A stretch of DNA of 64,000 nucleotides from Eledone cirrhosa (taxonomy: Eukaryota): contig OZ024740.1 in the NCBI GenBank assembly GCA_964016885.1, positions 348,564,001 to 348,628,000 on the forward strand. The letters run 5' to 3'. Position numbers and translations under genes: made by a program. Numbering within the stretch: position 1 is the stretch's first letter; every line of letters starts with the position of its first letter. The notes beneath the pieces are model-generated. The model was given only the letters and a program-made list of their open reading frames with translations. It did no database searches and was not told the origin of the DNA. Positions 1-13,330 of this stretch are shown here, piece after piece.

Positions 1-649
1 CCAATCATGTAGTTTTTACGAATTGGATACCATATATAAATTGTCACAAATCAACAATATACAGTTTTTCTGTCATCCGTTATCTAGCCGCTAAAATAAT
101 TCATTTACAAGAAAGCTACTTTGGGCCAGTAGTTATTGACATTCCTGATCCAAACTAGAGCGGGATCCGGGAATTGACATGATTTATTGACGGCGGGAAT
201 AAACTATAGAGATAATAATATGTTTTCTTATATTAGGAGGAAGCGTCAAATCCGATTTGCAGGAACTATGGTCGATTGACTTCGACTTAATGCATGGCAG
301 GTACTTTTTTTAAAAAACACATCTGTTTAAGAGTGGGTCCCTATGCGATCACATGAGCTGCTAGAAATAACAGTATTTACTCCCTCTTGAATAGGGAGAG
401 GACCTATTTATTAACGTAGTCTATTAAATACATATCTGGGGGAAAATGATTGAAAGTACAAGGCTTGAATCATTTCATCATAGATCCGCTTAATTAGGCC
501 TGCCTTGTGGCAAAACATGTACAACAAAACTGAAAAGTTGAAGTTTAAATTTAACTCTGCTAGAACTACCGGACGTAAAATTAAGTGTTAATATGACATC
601 ACATTAAAACAGGAAGTATCAAGCATGATTTCATAAAATATGTTTATGT

Positions 650-1175
650 TGAAAACAAGAATAAACCTCTTGGCAATACTGACACGATTTCTCGAGGACC
701 TGCCGTAATGTGAATATTTGGTCGGAATTTTTGTGTCCGGGGCGAAAGCCACACTGATCATCGGGTAGCTTGAACACGACAATATCCCTGCATCTCTTTG
801 CCAGACACTTAGCATAGACACGTTACCGAGGAGGCTTAACAAGGTGATCCTTATGTAATTGGAACAATCTTTCTTGTTTCCCTTTTTGAAAATTGGGATT
901 ATCACACCCGACTGATATTGCTTAGGTGTCTTTCCAGAGTTCCAGGCAACTCGGCGCACACGTGCCAGCCAGATAATACCTTAACCTTCCCCAACGCCTT
1001 GCTACATTTAAGTTCTTTAAATGCTCTTGGGACATCAACCTCTCAGAATTTAGTCAACGCTCCCAGATACACCTCGTGTACATCCGAATATGCTGTTCTG
1101 ATCGGAGTTAGATCATCAAAGTATTCTCTCCACCTCGGGAGGATGCACCTCTCTAAGAGAGAAGAACCCAGAGAC
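650..1175 (-). mobile_element. Degenerate RTE-type LINE reverse transcriptase fragment (inverted part of an insertion)
   Basis: ORF 588-959(-) contains IIPIFKKGNKKDCSNY.RITLLS, the start of a LINE RT domain. The frame is broken. Confidence 0.75.
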
Positions 1176-1179
1176 TGAA

Positions 1180-1783
1180 TTAAGTACAAGAATTGCAGAA
1201 ACTGGTGCAGTAATACACCAGCTTCAGCATTGAGTAATCAGAAGGGAGGTAGGTGTAAAAGCAAAACTCGCTATCTTCAATTCGATATTCGTGCCAACCT
1301 TTACCTATGGTCATAAATCTTGGGTAACGACCGAAAGAATGAAGGAAGGCAGAAGGGTGTTTGGAATAACATTACTTGATAGATTACGTAGCTCCGACAT
1401 CAGGTAGTCTCTCCAGGTAGAGCCGCTACTGAGAAATCACAGATCCAATACTATGGGCATGTCGTTGGAATGTTTCAGGAAAGAATCGCTGGACAGGTTT
1501 TACGAGAAAAACCAACCGGCAGGAGACTCAGGGGTAAACTCTGAGCATGATGGTTGGATAATATCTACGAGCTTCCCTGATCTCGCTTGGGGATCCATGC
1601 GGATCAGTTGGAGACACTTGCTTCTGATATGACTCGCTGGGCGGAGTGTTTGAGGACTCTGCCCCCAGGAAGGAGAAGAAGAAGAAGAAGAAGAAGAAGA
1701 AGAAGAAGAAGAAGAAGAAGAAGAAGAAGAAGAAGAAGAAGAAGAAGAAGAAGAAGAAGAAGAAGAAGAAGAAGAAGAAGAAG

Positions 1784-1813
<30 letters not shown>
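1180..1813 (+). mobile_element. RTE-type LINE 3' end with long (GAA)n tail
   Basis: Degenerate C-terminal motifs (PTFTYGH..W..TERM, YYGHV) are followed directly by (GAA)n at about 1672-1813. Confidence 0.65.
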
Positions 1814-1814
<1 letters not shown>

Positions 1815-2138
1815 TTATGTTGTTTCTCTGTTTAATGTTAAGATGATTATGTTCAGGCTATCTAGCATAGACAGAGTGACTGAAGGACTGAGTGATGTTG
1901 CTATTTAGCGCCTGTTGAAATCTAATTGATCTGACCTATAACCAAAGACATTTTAGCCAAGGCCATCCAATTCTAATTCTTACATTGTATACCTACCACT
2001 ATCTTATCGAACGTACTGCCCTTTAACCTTTACGGATGCCTAGTGTGATTTTAGAGAACAGTACTATGTTTGGGAGGTTTTATGATCCCAGGTTGTCTCC
2101 ATCGTTGTGTCACGAAGAAAGCATTACTTTTTATAAAA

Positions 2139-2660
2139 TTAACGTATATAGCTCCAGTCCTTTTTCCCCACCTTCCTTTTCAGTGTCAGGTGTTCTCTTC
2201 GACAAGTTTCAAAGTATTCACTTCCTGACTTGATCAAACGTCTCCACTTCACACGCTCCTCGGCCATTTTCTCCCATTCGTCAGATGAAATCCCAGCGCA
2301 TGCGAAGGTGCCCCTGACACAGTCCCGGTTCCGCATTTTTGGTTTGTGTGGTGGTCGCCTTCCTTCGCACAGTTGACTCTAGAGAAGTTGCTTTGGTATA
2401 CAAACATCAGACTTCTGGACCACGTGACCGCACCACCTCAACCGATGCCGAAATATCATGTTCTCTATACTCATGTACCTGCTCCGTTCAAGAACTTCCA
2501 GATCACTGATGAACATTTTTCATCGCACCCCATGTATCGTATGAAGAGATTGTTGGTGAAACTTCTCCAGTTCATTGAGGTGCTTTCTGTATGTGACCCA
2601 CGTTTTACAAACATAACCCAATGAGGAGACGCCACAAGTCAAATACAATTTCACCTTGGA
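2139..2660 (-). mobile_element. Degenerate RTE/BovB-like LINE 3' fragment
   Basis: The minus strand reads RWCGHVV and WEKMAEERVKWR, typical of RTE ORF C-termini. Confidence 0.6.
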
Positions 2661-3344
2661 CCATAAAAATTCATTCAGCCGTCGGGAACTTAAACGTTCA
2701 TTCAGCTGTCAAAAATTGCATTCATTAAAATCAGTAAAATATAAGTACAATACAGCCGGCATAATGATCTAAAGGCAAGAAAGGAAAGTGTGCAGTTTAG
2801 TAGAAATTAGTTGTCGATTAGCCGATTATATAATGCTAGAAATAAATGATAAAGAAAATGTATCAATGGGGAGTTAAGAAAATATAATTACTACGCCTGC
2901 GCTACGAATTCAGAAAACCTGAAATGCCAGGGCTAATTAGAAATTGAAAATATGCAGACTTTTCCACAAACTGGAGCTACTGACATACAGATAGAAGCAT
3001 ACAACAAGTATAATAACACAGACGTACAATCATATGTATATGCACAGGCCCATGACGTAAAACATAAAGATCTATTCGTGCTATGAAAGCATACATGCAC
3101 ACATATGTGTGTTGAAAAGATATATGAGTACATGGTCAACCAGGAGTGAAAATTGATAATGTGAGATCAATGAAATATATTTGGTGTTTTCTTTCAAACG
3201 TGCCTTGCCCATTCGTCGTTAACTATATAATATTTCGTTAAGGTGTATATATCTGTATCGCTTGCTTTATAAAGCAGTCTTTATACTTCGAGTTATACTC
3301 CCATATACTTATAATCTAGTCCGTTATAAGTCTATATGAATCTA

Positions 3345-3449
<105 letters not shown>

Positions 3450-4340
3450 GGAGAGAGAGAGTAAGAAAATGCGAAGTAGTTACAGATGTTAAAGTCCTTT
3501 ATTTGTAAGGCTGTGATACATATTTCAATGACGAAAGTGGCGACGTGGTTCCGCGTAACCAGTGCCATGATCTCATCAGACAGCTTCATTACATAATAAG
3601 GTTACGTTCTCGAAGCAATTCAAACTAAAACGTCAAGGGAACGGACAAAGATGATGTTTGTGAAGCCTTCGCCCGTTCCTATATATATTAAGTGACGTAC
3701 CCAGCTTCGCCCCGGTAAACAGAAGATAAGCGAAGACAGGTAGAAGGAAAAAAAATGATTGTATTAGATGATTGTCTGGGTTACAGTATGAGGCGAGTCC
3801 CTGGGGTGTGTGTGAAAAAGAAAAGCTGTAAAAATCTTCAAGATACAACATATTCTTCGTTTTACCGTTCGTGCATAGTATGTGAAGATTTTGGTAGAGA
3901 ATTTGGTTGTAGTAGATATTGAGAAGGATGTTAGGAGAGAGTGTTGTATGGTAGATATAGAGAGGGGCAGAGATTAGAGGTTATGTATATAGAGATGAAG
4001 ATAATGAGAGAGTGCCGTGTGGTAGATAGAGAACGGGAGATATTGCTGGTAGAAGATACAGAGAGGTGTTTTGGGAGAGATAGGAGTATGATAGAAATAT
4101 AGAGGGAGAGAGTATAATGATAAGGGATAGAGAGAGGGTGTCGCCATTGAAATATATATCACTGCATTATTATTAAAGGACTTGAAAATCTGAAACTACT
4201 TCGCTTTTCCTTATTCTCTCTCTATATATATATAGTGACGAAACATAAGTCAATTGCATGAACTCATAATCCTTTATTTACTGCTATATATATTTCGAGC
4301 CTTGGTACATATGTATATGCATATATATATACATATATAT

Positions 4341-4383
<43 letters not shown>

Positions 4384-6069
4384 TTTGCGCAAGTAATAAG
4401 ACACACAAATTACAAGTCTTCCCATTTTACCTTTGCGCTGACAATACAACAGAACAAATACGAATAAATAAGGAAAATATGTTTATTCAAAAATATAGAC
4501 CATCATTTAATATGGTTTAATATACATTATGTCAACACCATAACATGCTAACCATCCAAACAGACACATACACACACACATAACACCTTCTACTTTAGAA
4601 AATAAAAACCCAAACTAAATAAACCTTAACATACGTTTGCGCTGACAATACAACAGAACAAATACGAATAAGTAAAGAAAATATGTTCATTCAAAAATAT
4701 TCCTACTAACGGAATCATTTTCCTACACACACACACACACACACACACAAAATATATATTCTCTTCATCTTAACATACTAACCATACTCCCACACACATA
4801 TAACACCCATACACACACATAACCCCCCCCCCACACACACACACACAACTCCCTCCTCCATTTCTACAAATAGAATCAGTTTCCTACATACACACACACA
4901 CACAAAATATATATATTCTCCCCATCTTAACATACTCCCACACACACGCATAACACCCATATACACACACAACTCCCTCCCCCATTTCTACCAATAGAAT
5001 CATCTTCCTATACACACACACACAAACACACAAATAAACATACATATGTCTACTTTCTTTATTTCAATAGAAAATCTGAACTCTGACACCCCAGCGAACT
5101 AGCCATATTCACTGAACCAGAACAATTCTCCCATCCCATTTCTCTTGACCATTCTTTTGCTTGTCATAAAATTCTCTAAAAGGCTACAAAATAAATTCCC
5201 AAATACGGGTGCGGAACTTGTTCACGTGACTGTCATAATTTCATTTATAATCAATCAAATTGCATTTTTAAAAAAAAGCCTTCAGGTGCAACTTTTTTTA
5301 TTGTCATAAAATTCTCTAAAGGCTACAAAATAAATTCCCAAATACGGGCGTGAAATTTAATGAACTTGTTCACGTGACAACAATAATTTTATTCATAACC
5401 AATCAAATTACATTTTTAAAAAAAAAGCCTTCGTGAGCCCCCTTTTTTTAAGTAAAAAGAAATTCAAACACTCATATGTGAAAAAACAACCTGAGCCCCC
5501 TCCCCCCTTGTTTGAAGAACTTTGTAACGCGAACTGGCGCGAAATTTATTATACTTATTGACCAACTAATCAAATTACTTCTCGAAAAACCAGGCATTTC
5601 GAGCCACTTTTTTCCATATAAAACAAGTAACATTCAAAGACCAACCAGATGTTAGAAAAACCAGAGACCCTCCATCTCACCTCTACTTGTGAAAAGCAGA
5701 AGAACTGCGAAACCGGTGAAGGAACCAAATAAATATATATATATTTTTTTAAATAATACTCCAGTTGCATTTTCGATTTCATCTTTTTTTCTTTATACTT
5801 TCACTCGTGTAGGACACCTCGGTTATTTTTCATTTTGTAAAAAAACCTCACTTTCTAATATATATATATATATATCTTTAGGTTTGTTGGTTCACCACTG
5901 GATAGAATTGGTCATTCCGTATGGTTAATCTTGGTGTAATATTGTGGAGAGTACTCAACGTAGTGCAGTTCACCCGTCTTCGTTTGTGTAGTTGGTGGTG
6001 CGAATACGGAGTTAATTATAAATAAAATGACAGGAGGCTGGACTGGTGTAAATCCTTGAAAGGTTTATT

Positions 6070-6127
6070 ATACTATGATCATTTCAATGACCGGGTTCCA
6101 TATGAATCCGGTGATATCATCAGGTAT
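6070..6127 (-). ncRNA. Minimal type I hammerhead ribozyme motif
   Basis: Minus strand: ATAC-CTGATGA-stem II (ACCGG...CCGGT)-GAAA-TGATCA-TA-GTAT, with a palindromic stem III. Confidence 0.7.
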
Positions 6128-6652
6128 TGGAATATAACAAAGGAATATGTAAAAAACCATGTGTCCGAAAAATCAGAGACAGAGACAAAGAGGACGACTG
6201 ACCAACTAGCTGCCTACATATATATATATATTAGCTGACGTACCCAGCTTCTCCCGGGTAAACATGATAAGAGGAAACAGGTAGAAGAGAAAATGACTGT
6301 ACTGACTGGATGTTTGTCTAGTTTAACACTATAAGGCGAGACCGTGGTGTGTGTGTGACAAAACAAAAAGTAAACAGAAAAAAAATATTCCAGATACACC
6401 AAATACTCCAAATCAGCGAATATTCAATTTCCTCTGTTTTCTTTCTTTCTTTTTTCTTTTCTTTCTTCTTTTTTCTTTATTTATCTCTCCCTTTCTTTTC
6501 TCCACGTTTCTCTCTATCTCTCCGTCTTTTTACTTATCCTTAACACAACAACTTACTAAAATAAACAAACCACTATCCTGATGTCGTCCAAAAGTAATGG
6601 TCGCATTTTGAAAGGGTACGTCAATGTTTATTTATAAAACTGGTATATATTG

Positions 6653-6719
6653 TATTTTGTCTGATGAAGGCATACCATAATTTAACTTGGTATCCTTGTA
6701 ATATGTATAATGAAATAAA
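6653..6719 (+). ncRNA. Degenerate hammerhead motif (same family as 55083 and 61431)
   Basis: TATTTTGT-CTGATGA-AGG.ATACCA...TGGTATCCTT-GTAA-TATGTA-TA. GAAA is mutated to GTAA. Confidence 0.5.
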
Positions 6720-6756
6720 TATGGTTTTATAAATATAGTTTCCATTTGTTAATATC

Positions 6757-6804
<48 letters not shown>

Positions 6805-6961
6805 CGAAGGAGTTGTGGTAAGGAACTAGATGGACCATAACGCACCAGAGTACTCAATACTTAGGATAGTAGAGTGGGTAATAGGAGAAAGTGTGACCCC
6901 GACGGCAGAGCTCAAGCTGTTTCGACGGCTATTTCTGGACTCCGTCGGGGTCATACTTTCT

Positions 6962-7016
<55 letters not shown>

Positions 7017-7169
7017 ATAAATGCTCTGAAATAGCGATATATATGTGAATATAGACATAGAATATTCGAAAATATTCTGTATGTTTATAATAAACATTTT
7101 GAAGACCTAATCGCTATAGAATAGAATACGTCACGTATTACAATTAGATTCTCGATAAAAGCAAGGGAA

Positions 7170-7213
7170 GTAAGTCTACGCGTTTCATTCTCGTTAGAAA
7201 TCGTCAGGACTAC
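7170..7213 (-). ncRNA. Minimal hammerhead ribozyme, first of 9 copies at 311-bp spacing in the left arm
   Basis: Minus strand: GTAGTC-CTGACGA-T-TTCT-AACG-AGAA-T-GAAA-CGCG-TA-GACTTAC. Confidence 0.8.
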
Positions 7214-10158
7214 ATATCCAGTGCTTTTATCGAGAATGACACAGCTAGAGACTTATAGAATACTTAGCTGTGTACAGGAACTGGTTTGAAAGAGCGGTTG
7301 CCGGTCCGGCAGAAATTAGAAATTGGAATAAATGCTCTGAAATAGCGATATATATGTGAATATAGACATAGAATATTCGAAAATATTCTGTATGTTTATA
7401 ATAAACATTTTGAAGACCTAATCGCTATAGAATAGAATACGTCACGTATTACAATTAGATTCTCGATAAAAGCAAGGGAAGTAAGTCTACGCGTTTCATT
7501 CTCGTTAGAAATCGTCAGGACTACATATCCAGTGCTTTTATCGAGAATGACACAGCTAGAGACTTATAGAATACTTAGCTGTGTACAGGAACTGGTTTGA
7601 AAGAGCGGTTGCCGGTCCGGCAGAAATTAGAAATTGGAATAAATGCTCTGAAATAGCGATATATATGTGAATATAGACATAGAATATTCGAAAATATTCT
7701 GTATGTTTATAATAAACATTTTGAAGACCTAATCGCTATAGAATAGAATACGTCACGTATTACAATTAGATTCTCGATAAAAGCAAGGGAAGTAAGTCTA
7801 CGCGTTTCATTCTCGTTAGAAATCGTCAGGACTACATATCCAGTGCTTTTATCGAGAATGACACAGCTAGAGACTTATAGAATACTTAGCTGTGTACAGG
7901 AACTGGTTTGAAAGAGCGGTTGCCGGTCCGGCAGAAATTAGAAATTGGAATAAATGCTCTGAAATAGCGATATATATGTGAATATAGACATAGAATATTC
8001 GAAAATATTCTGTATGTTTATAATAAACATTTTGAAGACCTAATCGCTATAGAATAGAATACGTCACGTATTACAATTAGATTCTCGATAAAAGCAAGGG
8101 AAGTAAGTCTACGCGTTTCATTCTCGTTAGAAATCGTCAGGACTACATATCCAGTGCTTTTATCGAGAATGACACAGCTAGAGACTTATAGAATACTTAG
8201 CTGTGTACAGGAACTGGTTTGAAAGAGCGGTTGCCGGTCCGGCAGAAATTAGAAATTGGAATAAATGCTCTGAAATAGCGATATATATGTGAATATAGAC
8301 ATAGAATATTCGAAAATATTCTGTATGTTTATAATAAACATTTTGAAGACCTAATCGCTATAGAATAGAATACGTCACGTATTACAATTAGATTCTCGAT
8401 AAAAGCAAGGGAAGTAAGTCTACGCGTTTCATTCTCGTTAGAAATCGTCAGGACTACATATCCAGTGCTTTTATCGAGAATGACACAGCTAGAGACTTAT
8501 AGAATACTTAGCTGTGTACAGGAACTGGTTTGAAAGAGCGGTTGCCGGTCCGGCAGAAATTAGAAATTGGAATAAATGCTCTGAAATAGCGATATATATG
8601 TGAATATAGACATAGAATATTCGAAAATATTCTGTATGTTTATAATAAACATTTTGAAGACCTAATCGCTATAGAATAGAATACGTCACGTATTACAATT
8701 AGATTCTCGATAAAAGCAAGGGAAGTAAGTCTACGCGTTTCATTCTCGTTAGAAATCGTCAGGACTACATATCCAGTGCTTTTATCGAGAATGACACAGC
8801 TAGAGACTTATAGAATACTTAGCTGTGTACAGGAACTGGTTTGAAAGAGCGGTTGCCGGTCCGGCAGAAATTAGAAATTGGAATAAATGCTCTGAAATAG
8901 CGATATATATGTGAATATAGACATAGAATATTCGAAAATATTCTGTATGTTTATAATAAACATTTTGAAGACCTAATCGCTATAGAATAGAATACGTCAC
9001 GTATTACAATTAGATTCTCGATAAAAGCAAGGGAAGTAAGTCTACGCGTTTCATTCTCGTTAGAAATCGTCAGGACTACATATCCAGTGCTTTTATCGAG
9101 AATGACACAGCTAGAGACTTATAGAATACTTAGCTGTGTACAGGAACTGGTTTGAAAGAGCGGTTGCCGGTCCGGCAGAAATTAGAAATTGGAATAAATG
9201 CTCTGAAATAGCGATATATATGTGAATATAGACATAGAATATTCGAAAATATTCTGTATGTTTATAATAAACATTTTGAAGACCTAATCGCTATAGAATA
9301 GAATACGTCACGTATTACAATTAGATTCTCGATAAAAGCAAGGGAAGTAAGTCTACGCGTTTCATTCTCGTTAGAAATCGTCAGGACTACATATCCAGTG
9401 CTTTTATCGAGAATGACACAGCTAGAGACTTATAGAATACTTAGCTGTGTACAGGAACTGGTTTGAAAGAGCGGTTGCCGGTCCGGCAGAAATTAGAAAT
9501 TGGAATAAATGCTCTGAAATAGCGATATATATGTGAATATAGACATAGAATATTCGAAAATATTCTGTATGTTTATAATAAACATTTTGAAGACCTAATC
9601 GCTATAGAATAGAATACGTCACGTATTACAATTAGATTCTCGATAAAAGCAAGGGAAGTAAGTCTACGCGTTTCATTCTCGTTAGAAATCGTCAGGACTA
9701 CATATCCAGTGCTTTTATCGAGAATGACACAGCTAGAGACTTATAGAATACTTAGCTGTGTACAGGAACTGGTTTGAAAGAGCGGTTGCCGGTCCGGCAG
9801 AAATTAGAAATTGGAATAAATGCTCTGAAATAGCGATATATATGTGAATATAGACATAGATTTCTAACGAGAATGAAACGCGTAGACTTACTTCCCTTGC
9901 TTTTATCGAGAATCTAATTGTAATACGTGACGTATTCTATTCTATAGCGATTAGGTCTTCAAAATGTTTATTATAAACATACAGAATATTTTCGAATATT
10001 CTATGTCTATATTCACATATATATCGCTATTTCAGAGCATTTATTCCAATTTCTAATTTCTGCCGGACCGGCAACCGCTCTTTCAAACCAGTTCCTGTAC
10101 ACAGCTAAGTATTCTATAAGTCTCTAGCTGTGTCATTCTCGATAAAAGCACTGGATAT

Positions 10159-10202
10159 GTAGTCCTGACGATTTCTAACGAGAATGAAACGCGTAGACTT
10201 AC
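10159..10202 (+). ncRNA. Minimal hammerhead ribozyme, first of 5 complete copies in the right arm (10159, 10470, 10781, 11092, 11403)
   Basis: gtagtc CTGACGA tttctaacgagaat GAAA cgcg TA gacttac. It is enclosed by a 16-bp inverted repeat ATTCTCGATAAAAGCA / TGCTTTTATCGAGAAT. Confidence 0.8.
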
Positions 10203-11568
10203 TTCCCTTGCTTTTATCGAGAATCTAATTGTAATACGTGACGTATTCTATTCTATAGCGATTAGGTCTTCAAAATGTTTATTATAAACATACAGAATAT
10301 TTTCGAATATTCTATGTCTATATTCACATATATATCGCTATTTCAGAGCATTTATTCCAATTTCTAATTTCTGCCGGACCGGCAACCGCTCTTTCAAACC
10401 AGTTCCTGTACACAGCTAAGTATTCTATAAGTCTCTAGCTGTGTCATTCTCGATAAAAGCACTGGATATGTAGTCCTGACGATTTCTAACGAGAATGAAA
10501 CGCGTAGACTTACTTCCCTTGCTTTTATCGAGAATCTAATTGTAATACGTGACGTATTCTATTCTATAGCGATTAGGTCTTCAAAATGTTTATTATAAAC
10601 ATACAGAATATTTTCGAATATTCTATGTCTATATTCACATATATATCGCTATTTCAGAGCATTTATTCCAATTTCTAATTTCTGCCGGACCGGCAACCGC
10701 TCTTTCAAACCAGTTCCTGTACACAGCTAAGTATTCTATAAGTCTCTAGCTGTGTCATTCTCGATAAAAGCACTGGATATGTAGTCCTGACGATTTCTAA
10801 CGAGAATGAAACGCGTAGACTTACTTCCCTTGCTTTTATCGAGAATCTAATTGTAATACGTGACGTATTCTATTCTATAGCGATTAGGTCTTCAAAATGT
10901 TTATTATAAACATACAGAATATTTTCGAATATTCTATGTCTATATTCACATATATATCGCTATTTCAGAGCATTTATTCCAATTTCTAATTTCTGCCGGA
11001 CCGGCAACCGCTCTTTCAAACCAGTTCCTGTACACAGCTAAGTATTCTATAAGTCTCTAGCTGTGTCATTCTCGATAAAAGCACTGGATATGTAGTCCTG
11101 ACGATTTCTAACGAGAATGAAACGCGTAGACTTACTTCCCTTGCTTTTATCGAGAATCTAATTGTAATACGTGACGTATTCTATTCTATAGCGATTAGGT
11201 CTTCAAAATGTTTATTATAAACATACAGAATATTTTCGAATATTCTATGTCTATATTCACATATATATCGCTATTTCAGAGCATTTATTCCAATTTCTAA
11301 TTTCTGCCGGACCGGCAACCGCTCTTTCAAACCAGTTCCTGTACACAGCTAAGTATTCTATAAGTCTCTAGCTGTGTCATTCTCGATAAAAGCACTGGAT
11401 ATGTAGTCCTGACGATTTCTAACGAGAATGAAACGCGTAGACTTACTTCCCTTGCTTTTATCGAGAATCTAATTGTAATACGTGACGTATTCTATTCTAT
11501 AGCGATTAGGTCTTCAAAATGTTTATTATAAACATACAGAATATTTTCGAATATTCTATGTCTATATT

Positions 11569-11619
<51 letters not shown>

Positions 11620-11847
11620 TTCCGTATCCGCCACTCGTTCACCTGCACATCCACCCACGTTGTCTATGCCCTCCGATGTTCCCTTTGCGGGTTTTTATAT
11701 ATCGGACAAACGGGACGCCGTATGGTGGACCGTTTAGCGAAACCGGACTCATAATTTAGCTTAATAAAATGAATATTCAAACTCTACTTCAGTATTGAGT
11801 ACTCTTTTCTCTCAGCCGTCAACCACATACGGATATATATATATATA

Positions 11848-12725
11848 TATTAAAATAACAGATTAAAGTTTAAGAAAATAATCGCTGCTTTCACCCTTAA
11901 CGGGATCTTCTGAAACTAACAAAGTCAATCTGTGAAGGCAGAAAATAATATTTCAAAAAACGTTGCAACCGGAGGAAGACAGGAAGACGATACTTTGGTT
12001 CGTGGAAACGTTCCCTGGCAATGAACGGGAAAAAACGAAAATAATATGTCATTAATAGGACCGGTGAAAAACAATTACACGCAAAGACAAAACCATGTTT
12101 ATGGTATAAAAGAAGTCGTAGACTAATATTTTATTAGGTGGTTCATAGAGACGTTCTCTGGCAATTAACGGAAAAAACGAAGATAATACGTCATATATGG
12201 AGCGGGGAGAACAATTGCACGCAAAGACAAAACCACATAAATGGTATAACTGAAGTCGTAGACTAAAATTCTAACTATTATCTTCGTTTTCTCCGTTCAT
12301 TGCCAGAGAACGTCTCTATGAACCACCTAATAGAATATTAGTCTACAACTTCTTTTATACCATAAACGTGGTTTTGTCTTTGCGTGTAATTGTTTTTCAC
12401 CGCTCCAAATAATTGTTTCTACTTTTGGCACAAGGCCAGCAATTACCCAGTGCATTACTGGTACTTTATTTTATCGACCCCGTAAGGATGAAAGGCAAAG
12501 TTAACCTCACCGCTCCTATTAATGACGTATTATATTCGTTTTTTCCCGTTCTTTGCCAGGGAACGTTTCCACGAACCAAAGTATCTCTTCCTGTCTTCCT
12601 CCGGCTGCAACGTTTTTTGAAATATTCACTTCTGCGTTCACAGATTGACTTTGTTAGTTTCAGAAGATCCCGTGTGGGGTGAAAGCAGCGATTCTTTGCT
12701 TAAACTTTAATCAGTTATTTTAATA
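11848..12725. mobile_element. Fold-back non-coding element with imperfect inverted arms, interrupted by a SINE fragment
   Basis: TAAAATAACAGATTAAAGTTTAAG...ATCGCTGCTTTCA at the left end is mirrored at 12680-12725. The same terminus occurs at 40684-40718, 54810-54912 and 55580-55650. Confidence 0.75.
12409..12510 (-). mobile_element. 5'-truncated tRNA-derived SINE
   Basis: It matches the SINE 3' half and is flanked by a duplicated TCACCGCTCC. Confidence 0.8.
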
Positions 12726-12839
12726 AATATTTGCTCTACGGTTCTTATATATTTGATATATATTTACCTTATCGAGCCCTCTTTGGATTTTAGTCTTCAA
12801 ATTTATTATTATTACTATATATATATATATATATACATA

Positions 12840-13330
12840 CGTTTAGTTCCTTGAGAACACATATTAATAGCTATAAGTTTATTCTAAGTTGTTCTGATTA
12901 TCATTTCTTTCCGGATAAATTATGACATCCATCAAGCTAAGTCAACAAATGAACGCTGTATTCGTTGCCTGAATGGCAGAGCATAGTGGTTTAGAGATTG
13001 CACGTTTCGTGAAATCTGCACGACCATATGTTGTCAAAATTCGCAAGGAGCTGGAAGACGTTGACGAGTATTCTACAGCAGTAGCCAAACGTGAAACACT
13101 TGCTCAGGGTCTGAGTACCACCGGAACACCCAAATGTGAACGAAACGAACAAGAATTATCGATAAGGACACCAGACAAACAATTAGCATAATTGATAAAG
13201 ACCTCAAGGTTTTACTGCACACACTCGGAAGAATTCTGCATGAGGACCTTCGATACAAGTCACGTGTGACAGGCGAATTTATGTCTATAAAAGCTAATAC
13301 TTAAAGTTAGTTTGTAAAAAATCATTTTAA
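12840..13330 (+). mobile_element. Possible degenerate Tc1/mariner transposase remnant
   Basis: Broken frames include IARFVK.AR..V.KIRKEL and HEDLRYKS, which resemble mariner N-termini. The evidence is weak. Confidence 0.4.

Larger units (their letters stand above)
7012..11577. repeat. Palindromic tandem array of 311-bp hammerhead-containing units (retrozyme-like), embedded in (TA)n
   Basis: Units start at 7012, 7323, 7634 ... 9811 (9 full plus about 50 bp). The orientation flips at 9859-9860 and about 5.5 inverted units run to about 11577. Units look identical by eye, have no ORF, and are flanked by (TA)n on both sides. Confidence 0.95.

Noticed and set aside
4380-5445. Short direct duplications (about 4433/4637 and 5161/5301)
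   Set aside because: They are diverged local repeats with no structural or coding signal that I could identify.
7012-11577. CRISPR array or protein-coding repeat
   Set aside because: There are no unique spacers, no cas genes and no ORF, and the context is eukaryotic.
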